Shown in pieces: positions 17,887 through 32,800 of a stretch of 64,000 nucleotides of DNA. The stretch is taken from positions 1 to 64,000 of the forward strand of contig KZ538353.1 of assembly GCA_000934665.2 (NCBI GenBank). The letters are read 5' to 3'. The notes beneath the pieces are model-generated. The model was not told the origin of the DNA. It was given only the letters and a program-made list of their open reading frames with translations, and searched no databases. The position numbers and the translations under genes were made by a program. Source of the DNA: Catajapyx aquilonaris. Taxonomy: Eukaryota. Position 1 is the stretch's first letter. Each line of letters opens with the position of its first letter.

Positions 17887-20800
17887 GTGAGTCAAGCATG
17901 CTTTCTATGTTTTGGTGGTGGTAATGTGATTCGAGTGGGTTGAAAATTTGATTTAGATACGAGCAACAATTTAGTGAGATTCAGTGTGAAGGTGCTGTTG
18001 CACCATAAGGCATTTGCCTCAAATACAGCAATGTTCAGGAAAAGTAGTCAGGGAATGCCTTTCTGTGATTGTGGGCGCCAACGAGGCTGCCACCAGGCAC
18101 TGTGATGGTGCTTATTCTAAGTGCAACAGTACACATCACAATTGTTATTGGTGTTGTGGCAGGATGAAATTTCAATGTAAACATCGGTGGTGATGTGTAG
18201 TAAGGTTAGATTCTAGGTGTTGATTGAGAAAGTGGCGAATATATTTTGGTTTATTATTTGCGAATTCATACATGTGTACCACCAAGTATGTTGAGCAGGC
18301 TAAGATAAAGGAGAATACATGTTTCAAAGAAGAAGAGAAATAATTTTATTGAGAAATGTGCAGTTACAAGTGGTGATTCCGAGTTATCAGGATCAGAATT
18401 CAGTCATCAGTTCCTCTTCATATTTCATAGTTCAGTTACCTTGGCTAGGAGTTCGCGAATCATTTTAAAATTTTATACAATAAGAGGAGCTGGGAGGTGT
18501 GGGAAATTGTGAAGCATTTTCTTGTCCTAGTTGTCTTAATTCTGACACAGTGGCAACCTACGCAGAAATGCCCCAGTAAAAAAAAAAATATGGTGTAAGG
18601 AAGTGTTTGTTATGATGGATCAACATCATCTACTTTCAGTTGTCAGGCTAGTTTTTTTGATTGGGGAAAGGGCAAGCGTTATTACTGTACCTCTTTTATT
18701 CATGGACGCTGTTATAGACTGAAATGTGTTGATGTTTGATTAGCGTGACATGAAATCATCCACTAGACACACTTGAAGGATTTTATGCATTTTGGCATGC
18801 CATGTGCTAAATATGCACTCTTTCATTAATACTTTCTACTGCTGCACAACATATTCCCACAGTAGAGTGTCCAAGTAAAATAATATGCCCACTGAATATT
18901 CCTTGGAATATTGCAACTTATGAGAAGAAACCAGATACAATGCACCAGATGACCTCACAATATCCAGTGCCTGGCAGAAGTATGACGTACTCTTTGAATA
19001 ATGCTTGCGCTTATTTTTATTTTTACATGTGGGAATATGTTGTCATTAGTTTGAAACTCTGACATGACCACACTTAAATCTGCATTATTGCCATCAAGAC
19101 TTATCCTAAAGTCATACTTTTCCGGTGTTCATTCAGAAAGGTGAAAGCACTTTCTGCTTGTGTGTAATACATTGCCGCCTCCCAGTTGTGAGTGTGTTTA
19201 TTGTAAGAGTCAATAGCTTCGATCATTCCCACCACATGCATGCTCATGCAAAGTGCTTCCAATAATTTCGCTTGTATAATGGGCAAACCTTCGGTTTTTG
19301 ACGTGATATGGCGTATTGTGAGGGGTACTTCGTAAATCTGCGGAACCGAGAGCATTATCATGTTGTGAGGGGACGAACATTCTTTTTATTGTCGAAAGAG
19401 CCTCTAGTTTGTATCGTTATATAGCACGGATGGGTTCTCGTGGAAAATTGTAGCGAAAAAGCAGGAAATTTGATACTTTTCTCCGAAAAATGTAGAACTT
19501 CCACGCCAGAATGCAACTTAGGTCCGTTTGCATCAATGCAAGTTATAAGATACAATCGCTGATTACTTATCGTTGTGAGTATTAATATAAATTCTGGCTT
19601 TTCCCCCCTTAATTTTTATGGATCAGAAGAGAGCCTTACTGAATTATTCGGATTGGACGGAAGTCTCTCGCACTTGTCTAGTCCTAAGCTACTTGTATAG
19701 CATCCGCTCTTGTTCGAAAGAGTCTGTATCGGACCTGACCATGTAATGAAGGCATCACATTGTATCAGTGTTTTACGGTACTTTTGTGTATTCCGACTTT
19801 CAATAACCATGTAAGCTAGGAAATTAATAACTTGATCTCTGGGAAGCAAAAACCAAAGTTGCTGTGTGGTGTCATAAACTGGCACGCAAATATTGGCACA
19901 ACCGTGTGACATGTTTTGGTGCCAATATCCTTCAGATTCGACTATCACCTACATTTTTATGAGGATCCAGCCGTGAAGGTCCGATCTCTCACCTGACCGG
20001 CTATGGAAACCGGATAAGAGTTGCTTATTTGTTTATGTGCTTCCTCTGTGGTAGCCTGATAATTTCTGCAAAAATTCCAAACCGGAAGGTGTAAGCGAAA
20101 GTGTGAATTGCAAAATAATTGTGAGTTCCGAAAGACCGGACTTGGACGTTTATCGCCGAATGTGTGTTAATTTATAGCCCCGGGAGTGAAGTTTGTACAA
20201 AAGTTTACTTCAAATTATTGCGTTTCAAACGGAAGCATATTCGGGAAAAAATCTTCAGTCCACAGCACATAATCTGACATGAACGGAGATTTTTCCCTGT
20301 ATTTGCGTTCATACAACTGGAGCCTTGCACGCTATGAAATGCTTGTGGAATTAGTCGGGTTTTTTTTTTTATTTACAATTTTGCAGAGCGTGATTTTCTC
20401 TATGAAATCCAAATAACCCCAACATTAAAAAAGCGAGGTCATTCGTCAATTTTTGTTTCGATTTGGTTTTGATGGATGTGGAAGTTTGATGGACAGGTTC
20501 AGATCGAAACCAGAGCAACCGGACAGTGCAACTCTGACACCATTATCCAGCCTCGAATTTAACTTCATGCCCAAATTAAATTCCTGGCCAATTTGAGGCA
20601 ATCACCACCACTGCTTTAATGTCCATATTGCTACTCTATTTAGGGGGGGAGACCATGATGATGAAACAAGATGGCCATAAGTTGCATACGCGTAATTACT
20701 CTCTCTTTGACATGCCGATTATTAATAATAATCAACCGCCCCCTTGCATATCTTTTTCGGGAGGGGTAGCATTCCGGATATTTCCCTTCTCTCTCTTTAT

Positions 20801-23800
20801 CTGTCTGATGGAGAAAATAATATTGCAAATGGCTGCTCTAGTAGGGGAGCGCAAGTGGTGAAGTGGCCAGTTGGGGGGAAGGGTATAGGAAGAAAGAAAG
20901 AAAAATCAGAGTTGTCAGATGGAGTGGGGCAAATTGCGTCGAAAGAAGGTTTGGCCATGCAGGGCCCTTATCAACTCATCCCATCAACAGGGAGCTTGAT
21001 CTGAGCATAGAATAAACCCCCCTCCACCCTCTTCCTACTATACCCTCCCTTTCCTCCCATACTCTTTTGCTCCTTTAGCCTGCCAGCAGAAAAGCGGCCC
21101 TCTTAAGAAAGATATAGAGGAGGGCTTGAAAATGCTCGCGACTTTTACTGGAGTTGTTCCCGAGGAAAATAGTCGTTTGAGAAGAGTGTCGTTGGGGAGG
21201 GACGGGGGGGTATGGGAGGGGGGGAGGTTTATAGCGGCGCTAGTCCTCTTTGCATCCCGGCCGAATTGACACCCAGACAAGGGGCTCAGGCCCTCTTCCT
21301 TGTACCCTGTGTCATTCCGGGCTCTTGCTCCACTTTCTTCCGGGCGTCGGAATGGCCCTCCTTTGCCGACTAGATGACCACCACCTCCCTCCCTCGGGCT
21401 CTTCCCGGGGTCCTATCTTGTCGCCAAATCTGCTGGCCGGAAGCAACCCTCAGCGGGGAGACCATTTTCATGTTTAGGGGCTGGAGATGGGAACCGATAG
21501 GTGTGAATTAGAGGGTGTGTATATGGGGTTGGGTGGGAGGTGGAATCTGATGGAAGCACGTGAGTGTGTGCGAATTGAAAGGGTCGTGACAGGTGTTGGC
21601 ACATTTTCCTGGGGGATTTGGGGGGAAGATTATGCAGATTGTTGTTTTGCTTGCGGGATTTGTGGGCTGGGAACTGATGATCCAGGGCATTTGTGTGCAA
21701 GTTGAGAATGTAAACGTGTTCGAAGGGTTTGAAGGGCACCTTGTGCGCATTACTTGGTGGTGATAGCTAGGTTTTGTATACCCGGTTTTTGAAATTTTGC
21801 TTACCGGATGTACAGGATTATAAATATTGTACAGTACTTGCATGTTAACATATAAGAAAATATGATAAATTACTATTTCTCCAGTTGGCAATAAATTCTG
21901 GATACCGGCTAAATCATGGTTTCGAAATTTGGGGTGTATATAAGAAGTGATCGAGAGCGCATCTGAGGTGCTGTATATAGTATTATGGCGGAAGGTGTTG
22001 TTTCGAAAGAACAATTGCTTGGTGAACAGTTGAGATTTGAGCGATTGCATGAGGATGGACTACCAGTCGTGAGAGAAGCATTTTGAAAGTCACGGAATCG
22101 GTGTTGGTCACGTAACTTTCATGCATGTTTCTTGAAAGGTTTGACATTTCAGTTATGAAGTTGATGAGAGAAACTCCAACATGAAGGGGGCATTGACCGT
22201 CTCCCTTATAAGGTATTGTGTTAAGCTCCGCGACTCACTGATATTTATACAAACCAAGGAAATGACACGATTACCTATCGGCCGGGTAGTGTAGGTCTTG
22301 TGGTTATAGAGACGCAGCGAAATGTTAAGATGCTATAGTGACTGCGGGTCTCTTGAGAGTTAGCTGTAAGCTAGTGGCATGCCATTATATTGGCTCAACA
22401 ATTCATTGAACGTTCTTAATCCAAATAGGCATTAAAATCATTAGTATAGTGATAGTTGCTTCAATATCATTTTAATACTATACACGATCTCGTGCCTGGG
22501 CTTAAACATTTGATCCAAGCAAGTCCCCAAATTTTTGGATGAAGTTATGCTTGATGGAATTCAAAACCATGTTATTAGTCATTACATATCATTTGTATCA
22601 CCAACTGTGACATGCCTCATTCCGATTCCCGATTAATTGGAGGAAAGAATGCGAAGCTGTGAACTTGACGCGGTTCGGTTGCAATGGAAATAGATCTTTG
22701 TGTTGTTGTAGGCCTAGCTCCAGGCTACATTTTAATAAATCGGAGAAACTCCTGGTTATACCTTTCGCTATATGTAAAAATGATAAATGAGACTGTAACT
22801 GGAAGTATTGCGCAAGAAAATGAAAGTGTCGCTAATGAATATAATACCACCACCACCATCACATCTACTAGACCTATACTGAATCTGTTTCAGGCCATAA
22901 TTCAAAGTTCTCAAGTGTATTGCAGTGATCATAACAATATGATGACAGGTGATTGCTGATAGACAGAATACAGTCCATGTCTGCTACACAAGAACACAGG
23001 ATAGTGTGATACACACAGCAGTACAGTGTTGTACAAGCTCTGGAGCCCTCTGATACGCTGTTTAGCCTTGGTAAGGGTATAACCTTGCGACATTTGCTGG
23101 AGAAGTGATGGATATACGAGTGATATAGGCTAAATAATTGCAGGTTGCAGTTCGCGATTACCTGCACCTGTCTCGTGATGTGCAGCAAATATAAATTACG
23201 TCACATACCAGTCTTAATTATTAATGTTTTCAAACTGCTGTTGACTGTCACAGGTTGCTCATTGCTTCGGGGTTGGAAAATGGGAGTTTATTGATATTTT
23301 TTATTAAGAACACGAGAAGGGGTAAACCAGCGGATACGTATTGGAAAAGGTAAATTGAGCGTTAATGTTACCGATTATTATTACATAGTATAGTGATTTG
23401 TTGGTACTGTACTGCAGCTATAATACTCTTTCACCGAATGAATTTGACAATTTGTGCGATAACTGATGGACCTTGTCATTGATTTATGAAAAGAATGAGC
23501 AGTCAGCTGACTTACTCAACCTAACATGTACCTGTTAACTAATCACCTTCCTTCACGTATTTTTTTTTCTCTTTTTTTGGTTGGTCTGGTGGCGCTACCA
23601 GTCCACACCAGCTCAATCTCAAGTCAGTGTTTTGCAATATTATAATAATGTATATAGGCTCAGTCCACAATATTTTGGCTCTTCTGGTGGCAAAGGCGCT
23701 TAAGTTTTTGTTCCTAGGAATAAAAAGAAGAGTAATTATTTTCCAAGGAATTGGGTTTCCAAATGAAACTGGATACATTTTTGCATGTGGTGTGGGCATT

Positions 23801-26800
23801 GATCGGTAGAAAAATTTTAAAACTCGAGCGGAACGTTTCAAAGTGTTATGGAGAGCACAGCACAGAAGACGCCGTGCTTCTGACTCGGTAATAAAAATGG
23901 AAACTACTGGGAAAAAGTCGACATCTTCCTACGCGGGAGGTGCTCCATAAGCCATTCTTCCGGGAGAAATCGTCAGGAACTTTTCCTTTGGCAATTGGAC
24001 AAGGCGTAAAAGTACCGAATTCCTTTCCTTTTCGGACGGGTAGCTGTCCCATCACCAGGCCCGCATTTTACATTTTAGTGTATCACCTCGTGCTGCTGAT
24101 AATGCGACCGCTATCAGAGATTGCTGCGCGACAACAATTAATTTCGATGAGATGGCGAACTGCTCTGGAAATTAGCACTGACCGCAGAGGTCAGTGCAAG
24201 GGCCTTGAATGGAAATTCCTTGACCAGGGGGGGCCTAGTATGTGCAAAGTTGGCGTTGTGGCCGCGTTCTTGCCCGCAATGGAGGGCGATTTTGGGTGGT
24301 GGCTCTAATAAGGAGATGGCTGTCGAGCAGATTGTTGGAGGATGAATATTGAGAGACCGGAAAATGAGCTGGTTGGAAGTGCGGGGCTCGGTGCGGCTGT
24401 AAACCCGATCGAGCAATTTGGAGCATCGGTTACAGTGTTTCCATTGTGAGGATCGGAACAGATTGGAACTAATCTGCTCTTTCAAATCTGCGGGACCATC
24501 TTCCCCCACAATTCATCCTATCCGGGAAGCCATAAACAATTGGCCCGCGGTTATTGGGAAGACGCGAGTCATTTGTCCCCCGAAGAGGTTGCCGGTATGG
24601 GTGCCACCCGTGCAACTTCCCTAATTCTGCCATATTTTTTTCCGCCTCTTTTCCCCCTTCTCGTGCATCCCTTGACTTCCTCCCCCGAGGGAAGGGAATC
24701 AATGGGGGAAATAAATAATGTTTGGCAATAACATCTGATTGGTTTAAAATTGCAGGAAGTAGGTTCGCCTAGAGGCTTATCAGATGGGGAGGCTAGTAAT
24801 CTGGCAGCCAGCTCTGGCGGAAAAATGAAGTGAGATGGCAATTTTGACAGATGGGAGCGTCAGCTCTTTGGTAGCTACCGCTCCGGGAACAAGTCGAGCG
24901 AAGCAAAGACGTTTGGGTTAGGAAAAAGAAGAAGGAAGAGCCTTCAGGAGGGGGAAGGAAGATGGAGGGGTAAGAGAAAAAAACTGAACGTCGACCCGGA
25001 TTTTCCTTCTAGTTCTGGGGCTCCAGCCGATGCGAACCTGACACCTTTACTTTCTTGTCGTCACTTTAATTTGCCGGATTTGAAATCTCTTTTCATCTAG
25101 TACGAAACACTGCATGGCGCAAGATGCTTGATGAGACGGATTTTTGCTCCGTTGCTTCTTGCAGTTTGTGCTTAAAAGCAGGGGAATTTGTTAAGTTTGA
25201 GAGTCTGGGAAATTCGAGCACGGATTTGGCTGATAGGAGAAAACTGAAGGATTAAGTTGAGTCATTCTAGTTTTGTAACATTGCGCAACCAACCGGATTT
25301 TACGATACTTCAAGAAGAAATTACAACCATTTTCGCATGTTGATTTCAGTTTGTCACATACACACGATCATTCTGTGGGATATACCACCCGTACTGCGTG
25401 ATGCGAATGAAATTGATGAATACTTGATTAGATCATGCCAATAGCAAGGATTACAGCTGTTATCTGTCAAGTAACAGGCCTGCAACTATACAAAAATCAA
25501 TATGCGTGCAGTGGCATCACTGTACGCAGGAAAAAGCGTGAATTTCGGGCGTGAATTTTCGGTATTTACCGTTTGACCGCATCACTTCCTGCAGAAATAC
25601 GGCGATCGAATGAAAACCTTGGTGCTTAAATGCGATTTCGATTCGCGCTGCAGAATGGAAAACGACTATTTAAAATGGGGGCTGTTCTGGTTGAACTACT
25701 GTGTATATCAAATTTAACTATCGTTAGTAGCCGCAACATCTGTCCGACTTGTCGCCCAACGTCCGCAGCATTTTTGCAAAATCTGGCACCCAGTTCACAG
25801 GAACATTATTGGGAGGTTTATTTATGTTGTGGACATGGCAAGCAGATTGTCGCCGTTCGCGTGCGTTATAGCGGGCATTCAAATCGTCGCCAATGTCGCA
25901 AATTGGACGTCAGCAAATGGCGGCGTTTTCCCGCATGATGAAGATAATTCATTGGGGTATCAAAAAAGGTTGCTTATAATTGGCGCTAATTAAGAAGGTA
26001 GTCACGCGATCAAACAGGGCTTTGAGGGATTTGGGGCAGTAAAACTCGGATACTTTTTTATATATGGCGAAAAGACATTTTCGATGACAAGTTCATCTGC
26101 TGTCGTAAATTCGGCCGGCCAAGTGTGTCGGATTTTACGGCCCGAGGCATAATTAACAGCGATGGTTTTATGAAAAGTCAACCGTTTACTTTGGCATTCT
26201 CAAGTCCTCCCCCCCACCCTATATATACCACCTCCCTGCTGGCTTGCAGCTCCCATGTCAATAATTATCATGCAGAGTTAACGCTCGATTCATGACATGA
26301 TTGGAATAATGTCCGGGTTATACGGTGTCTGTAAAGTCAATTTAGTGCTGGCGATGGCTTACCGGTATATAGCCCCCCAGGTGGAAATAGGTGTGGATCA
26401 GGTGAATGGGTTGTTGTTGAGAAGCCGGACCCCTTTTCTTGCTGGACTTGGTTGTCTCCCCCCTCGCACCATCCCCGCCATTGCAGCAGTGGAGAATGTA
26501 AAGGAGGGTGGTAGGCAAGGGAGGGGATCCGGGGTATATGGTAGGAGTGGGAGGGGGAGGGTAGTGTCAAAGGCTCGGCGGAGCGTTTTATGCTCCTCTG
26601 GGTCATCGTCTCTTCGGCAGCAGCCCCCGCCGAAGCAAGCAGCGCCGTAACGCGCACATTTTCAGCACCATTACATGCAATCCTTTGTATATGCTGCATT
26701 ATTCAGCCGTTATTTTTACAATCGGGGACCACTTACTGGAGCGTTTTAAGGCAATATTGCCTCCCTTGTTCGGCTATAAATCTACTGGCCATAAAAATGT

Positions 26801-29800
26801 ACCATTACGGGGACAAATGGCTAGTCTGAGCCAGTGGTGACCAAGTCCTTAATCCGACTGTAATAACACGACTCTTATCGTCGCAGCTATCATGATTGGG
26901 CTATTTGGAACCGGCGTGGATCATGAATAATGCAAGAGAAGAATTTACAGTTTATAAAACGGGGATTATAGACGGAGTCGAACGGAAAGTCCGGGTCGGC
27001 GCGGTGACGCCGGCTAACGGACACTAAAATGGCCCAAAATGGACTTGGTTCAATAACGACAGATAACACAAGATGGTTGTAATGCTCCAGACTACTCGCA
27101 GGAGGAGGCCATCCTCCCCACCAAGGACCGAACACGTTTGCTTCTCCCACAAAAACGGTCCATTTTTTTGAGGGGGGCTCCCCCTCAGACTGGTGATAAG
27201 TGGGATTGGGAAGAGCAGGACACGTCATCGGTATTCATCCATACTCATCGGATATGCGGGTTATGAGGAACAGTCATTTTGTTACGGTGGGATTGATTAT
27301 TTCGCCACGGGGTGTCTGTGGGATTGAACGAGGGCATGCCTTTTAGGTTTGGAATAAGTGTGCCTAGTGGCCAAGTCATAACGTCTTAAAAATTTACGCG
27401 ATGTTGGAGAGCCATAATTAATGTAAGGTACTACTGGCCAAAACAGTAGACTATTGGTTTAAAAAATAGGACTGGTGTCATGTAGCGTCAGCCCCAGTCA
27501 GGTCTCAGGTGATTGATAGCACTGTTATATGAAATATTTCTGTACTGTCAATTATGAATGGATCATAAAATGATTACGGTACAGTGTTTGAAGTGAAAGT
27601 AAAAAAGAAAAAGAAAAATTTCAGGTAGGCCTACCTACATCACCTAACACCAGCCAGGCAAGTTGCATGATGGGTAATAGGCGAAGAATAAGTTTTACTT
27701 TTACTATACCCGTCACGAAACCGGTCTTTATCTGCCACTGCGCAAGGCGCTTCGTATGCCGATGGCTTTATTACATTTGTTGATATCCTGTTTTATCAGT
27801 GGCGATGTGTACTATGTAACAACAAACGATTTCAACAACAACCATTACATTTCTCTCTAAAAGAGGTACGGTAGCCAGCGAAGAACAGGAAACAAGCCTA
27901 AGTCTCTCACTAATACAGCATATATACAGCACTGTGCTTGGAAAAGGATACATGATTGCAGGACTTCTAAACCCAAAAAGCTAACCCCAGAGTGCATATT
28001 GTCGAACCATAGGGAACTTAACACATACCTAGGCCTGTACAAAACGTGCAAAAGGCCGGGCGAATATTTTGCGATGTACGTCGCATTTATCACGTGAATT
28101 AGTGGCTGGTTTTATCCACAGTTATGCTTTATAATAACAGTTATGATTCGCCCATTCAATCTGTGACACCACGCATTTCTTGGTTCCATATTGGCCTGGT
28201 GCGCGTGATTTACGGTCGTTCCAGAACATATTAGAGGAGTAACAGTAGCAATGACTGTCGAAAAGATTGATTGTTATCATAAAACATCCAGGTTTGCTTA
28301 GGTCCGAATATCAATTATTATGCTTAACTGCCTGACAGGAGCAATTGGTGTTTATTGACAAGTGCTTCGTGATCAAACTGTAACTCACTGGGGCTGGGTG
28401 TATGTAAAAGATGAGCTGTCATTTTGGTATGCGCGGCGTTAGACTGTTGATTCGGACTGATTCATCGGCCCCGCCTAATTGCAGCAGGCCCGCACAACAG
28501 AATCTCTCAGCTTCCCCAACCCCTCGGCATCTCCTGCTGCTGGCTGCACCCTATAACCTATTCCCGGCCGAGAATCCCTGGTCCTGCCTGCCTTCCCCGG
28601 CCACCCAATCCAAAACAAATCCTGGAAGCTTTTAGCACTTGCTCGTTATCGGAAAGTAAAATCTCGGCTGCAAGAGTCTGATGCTGTAGCCCACCAGGAT
28701 TTGGCGTTATCTAGTAGCCAGTGGACTGGTAATGATGTGGGACTGGGTTCAGTTACGTCACCTTCTGGTAAATTAAGTCGAGTGCGCATTTTCCGTGCAG
28801 GAATTTAGCACTGGGAAGGGTCGGAGGCAGATGTCGCGTGGTGAGTTGTTGTCGACTGCTATGGCGAAAGTCCGATTCGAGGTCAGTTGGCCGAAGAATA
28901 GGACTTGCAGGGGGACTCAAGGATTATGGTTTTAGTGTCTGCCGTCAAGTCGAGGCCATCTGCAGCCATCTGCCCACTTGGGTGTCCTTCCTCGATTGAC
29001 TGCACAACTGTCAGGAATATATATCGGAAATGGTCAACCCTCCAGTACTGGATGTTTCCGAGTGATCTGGGTGTGCATTAGTATGGGTCTTGTATGTGAG
29101 TTATTCCAAAAGCGGAGTGCGTGACAAATGAGATGCTCGTGCGTAGGTGGTCCTGCGGGCCCTGTTTAGCGCCTTCCCAAGCACATGGGGTGTTTATGAT
29201 CCGGGCTCCCCTGGATTGTTTGTGATGGAGGCGAGTATGTGTTGGAGAGGGTGGAGAGGAGGGGCAGGGGGGAGAGAGATCCATACACTATTTCCTGCCA
29301 CCACATTCCAGAGAGGCCGATACGTTATACGAATATGCGAGACCAAATGAGTTGTTGGCTAGTAATTGGCGTGTTTGTTGTTGAAAGTGCTCTTTTTAAT
29401 AAGCCAATCTTGTTTGCAATCTCAGCCTTAGTCCAGCTATAAGCCCGCAATATCCTGGCAGGTCATAATGGGGGGAGGTGGGGATGATCGTTTCCACCCC
29501 CGACCGACCGACCGACCCACCCTCGCCGGTGGGACTAAGCTCCCCTGCTTGTGCTGCATCGTCCGACCCACGGGGAAGAGCGTCTTATGAAAGGACCGCC
29601 GAATTTGACTAACCGCGTTTATTGCCCAAACACTATCGATGATTAACGGGTTTTTGGGTAGAGAGAGGGGGAGGGTCGTAAAGAGGAATTTGTACAATTC
29701 GGCAGGTCGGTGGCATCCATCCGTGAGCCCCAAATTCCGACAGTTTGACGTCCATCCGATTCCCATGTGTTTGCGGTCAGCACACGCTTCATGGGGGGAC

Positions 29801-32800
29801 ACTTTCCCTCTCGTCCTAATGCACTGATTAGGTCTTTATCAGCTGTTCAACCGGCCAACTATTCTGGAGGGAATCCGCAATGCACACCAGCCCCTGGATT
29901 TTTCGCGCTCGCTGTATTGGTGCTGGAACAGACGATCAGAGCGTAAACTAGCTGGCGAATTCGAATTGCCCGACCGATGTTGCATGTTGCCGATGTTGGC
30001 AGCTTTGCCGATAGGGGCGCCCTTCTGTTATGGGCATGGTAGTTCGTGTATGTGCTGTATATGTGGGTGGGTGCAACTAGGGTGTTTGGGCCAAAATCAG
30101 ATGATGGCATGCTGGTAGCACCTGCATTATGCTGATGGGGGTACTAGATATACCGGGTTTTACATGTTAAGGTGTGGGAGTTAAATTCCCGTTCTTTTGG
30201 GCGGAATGGTGATTAAAAGTATCGCAGAAGTATTGCCCGTGGGATGGGATCAGTTTAAGCATCCTTCAAGATCGTACGATAAGCTTTTATTAGAGTATGT
30301 TATTCTGAGATGAGTTGTTTTATCGTGTAAAATGTTCTTTCTGTTCACAACTTTGGTTTGCCAAATAATCGTGAATATCCTGTAGGTAAAAGTTTCAGGT
30401 GTATATTTAGTGTTGTGGATTTTTGTTACACCAAGGCTGATTACAGCATTATTTATTAAAAATATAGAGCACTGCTTGTCTTCGTGAAGGACGAACACCT
30501 GGAATGTGACTTATGGCCGAACGAATTTGTTGCAGGGTTTATTCCAGAGCTTGTCCGTAGATGACTATACAGAGCCTGTGAAAAAAATTTACCGCCGGGA
30601 ATTTAGTTTAACAGAAGTTACAGAACCAATGTGGTTACATTGAATTTAGTTTCAGACAAGCCGCGAGACTTGTGTTTTGCTCTTTTTTTATATATACAAC
30701 AATCGTTACATTTGTAAGGTGTGTATTTTAAGGGCCCCGTTTGCATTTTGTTAGCAAAAATTAGCCCTTAAGTGACAAAGGGCAGATACTGGGCAGATAT
30801 TTATGTATGCCTTCCTAATTTGCTCCAGCTCTGCAGGGACATCAGTAAATCTGAGAAACATTTTAAAACTGAAAGTGACAATCTCGCACATGTACTCCTC
30901 CCACCAAGTTTTGATGTGAAAACAAAGTCATAATGCACTGGCCGGCCGATTTCGGCATGAACATCGTAATTTGAAGCAACTTCAGAATTATAGGGTGCGG
31001 ATAGGCTCCCCCGTGATGTGATACCTTCATTTGCATGCACATTAATTTGAACTGACGTATAGCGAATTGAATCTGCATTCAGGCTCCATCAATCGAGGCA
31101 CAGGCTTTTGCTCCATCTAAGTCATAAAAAGTTGCGTGCACTATTAATAAATAGGCCATTGCAATTTGGGGGGGGGGGGGGGGGGGAGNGGGGATCTGCG
31201 TGATGGTCTGGCTGCCTGCCCGTCAGGATAACACGTAGGTATGCGCGTCACGTGCCCATCACTTTTGTGTGGTGGACATAGGCCGGGATTGGTTACAAAG
31301 GGAAGAAACGTGCAATTCCCCCAGCCATGCACTAGGCAAACAAAGCCGCGGGACAAAAATTTGATTCCGCAGCAGAGAGGGCTGTTTGCTCCAAATTCAG
31401 CCGATTCAGATGAACCATTGGTTTGGAGTGAGAAAACCGAGGGGGAAGTTTGACAACCCCCCTGTTGACCGGGGGGGTTGTTTTGATGCGGGTTTTTAAA
31501 TGTGTATGTGTGCGTTTAAAAAAAAAACCGGGACACAAAAGGGTTAGGTTTTAATGCTGTGCGGTCGGATAAATGTGGCAACGAGCGCTGTAGGACTGAC
31601 ATGCCGATAATAATTATGCATGATGATGAATGCTTTCATACCCGCTTTTTATTCTGGCCGTACATGTCATGCGTTTATTGCTAAAGTGGTTTGGCTGTTT
31701 ACCAGAAAGTAGCGTTACGAACGGCCATCAATAGCAGGAGGACCGAAATTTTGCTTGTGATTAATAGCCCGTTTATAATAATCGCGATATTTTTTTTTTT
31801 AATCAGACTGTACTGGTGGTTGTCATCAGCTTTTTGCATTTAAAAAATGTTGAGAGCGCGGCGGTTTTAATAAATCCCCGGCATTATCTCAAACCTAGGA
31901 TGGTTTCAGACGGAGTCTGGCCCTTTTCATTCCCCTTTTAGAGCGAGCGAGTGCGAAGAGAGCGGCATTTTCCTGCACATTATCCACGTTCCAGTGAGTA
32001 TCGGTCACCCAAAATTGACAAAAGAAGTAACACATCGTGTCAGAGTGCTCAGCTTTATCAGCTTGAAGTCGTTATTACGGGTGAGTTGTACAACGAACGG
32101 AGACGAGGTAGCCTTTTATCTCAAAGTAACATAATTAAAGTACAAGCAGCGTAATTTCACTTAATTAAATTCCCTTCTTTCGGAACGATATGAACTTTTT
32201 CCACCCAATGAACATTAAAACGCGGCGTTTAATTTCACCAAGATCTAAGGGAGATTTTGGGCATTAAAAGAAGGGGAGGGACCGGGGAGGTTTTTGGGAG
32301 GGGGATGCTGTTGGGAGGGAGAGAGAGAGAGAGAAGTTTGCTGGTAGAAGCTCCGGGGTTCTATAGGATACGTATAGTAGTAAGCGGAGTGACGACAGTC
32401 GGGCGCTGTGCCGGCTTCAATTTGCTCCTCTTGACGGACACGCTTGCTTTCGTGGCTGTCAGGAAGCTTTGTGTTGCATGTGGATGGGGGAGAGGGGGTC
32501 AGCGCAATTTGATTATGTGCATGGCCCGGCAAACCAGTGAACTTGTCTCTTTTCTGATCTTGCATGGCAAACCTTAGGCCGGGAGGTATAGTATGGAAAA
32601 AGAGACCTTGTCGCTGCGGAGGGGAACCATGCTTCGCCAGTCTCACTGCCTGGATGGCCATTTCTGGTCCCTGTCCACCTGCACTTTGGATGGCCGTGTT
32701 GTTGACGGTCACCCTCGGCTGGCTTCTTAAAAGCGGTGGCAGCCTGAGTGATTTGTGCATGGGGAAGGTGCTGGTAGTCTCGCATGGGCGTGTTTGGCAC

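Noticed and set aside
30728..30771. Small hairpins/palindromes (also 31453-31481, 41370-41383)
   Set aside because: Stems of 7-10 bp are expected by chance in 64 kb.
31168..31195. G-runs as functional G-quadruplexes (also ~44205, ~48470, ~54645, ~59066)
   Set aside because: Lengths are unreliable because they coincide with Ns or gaps; nothing supports function.
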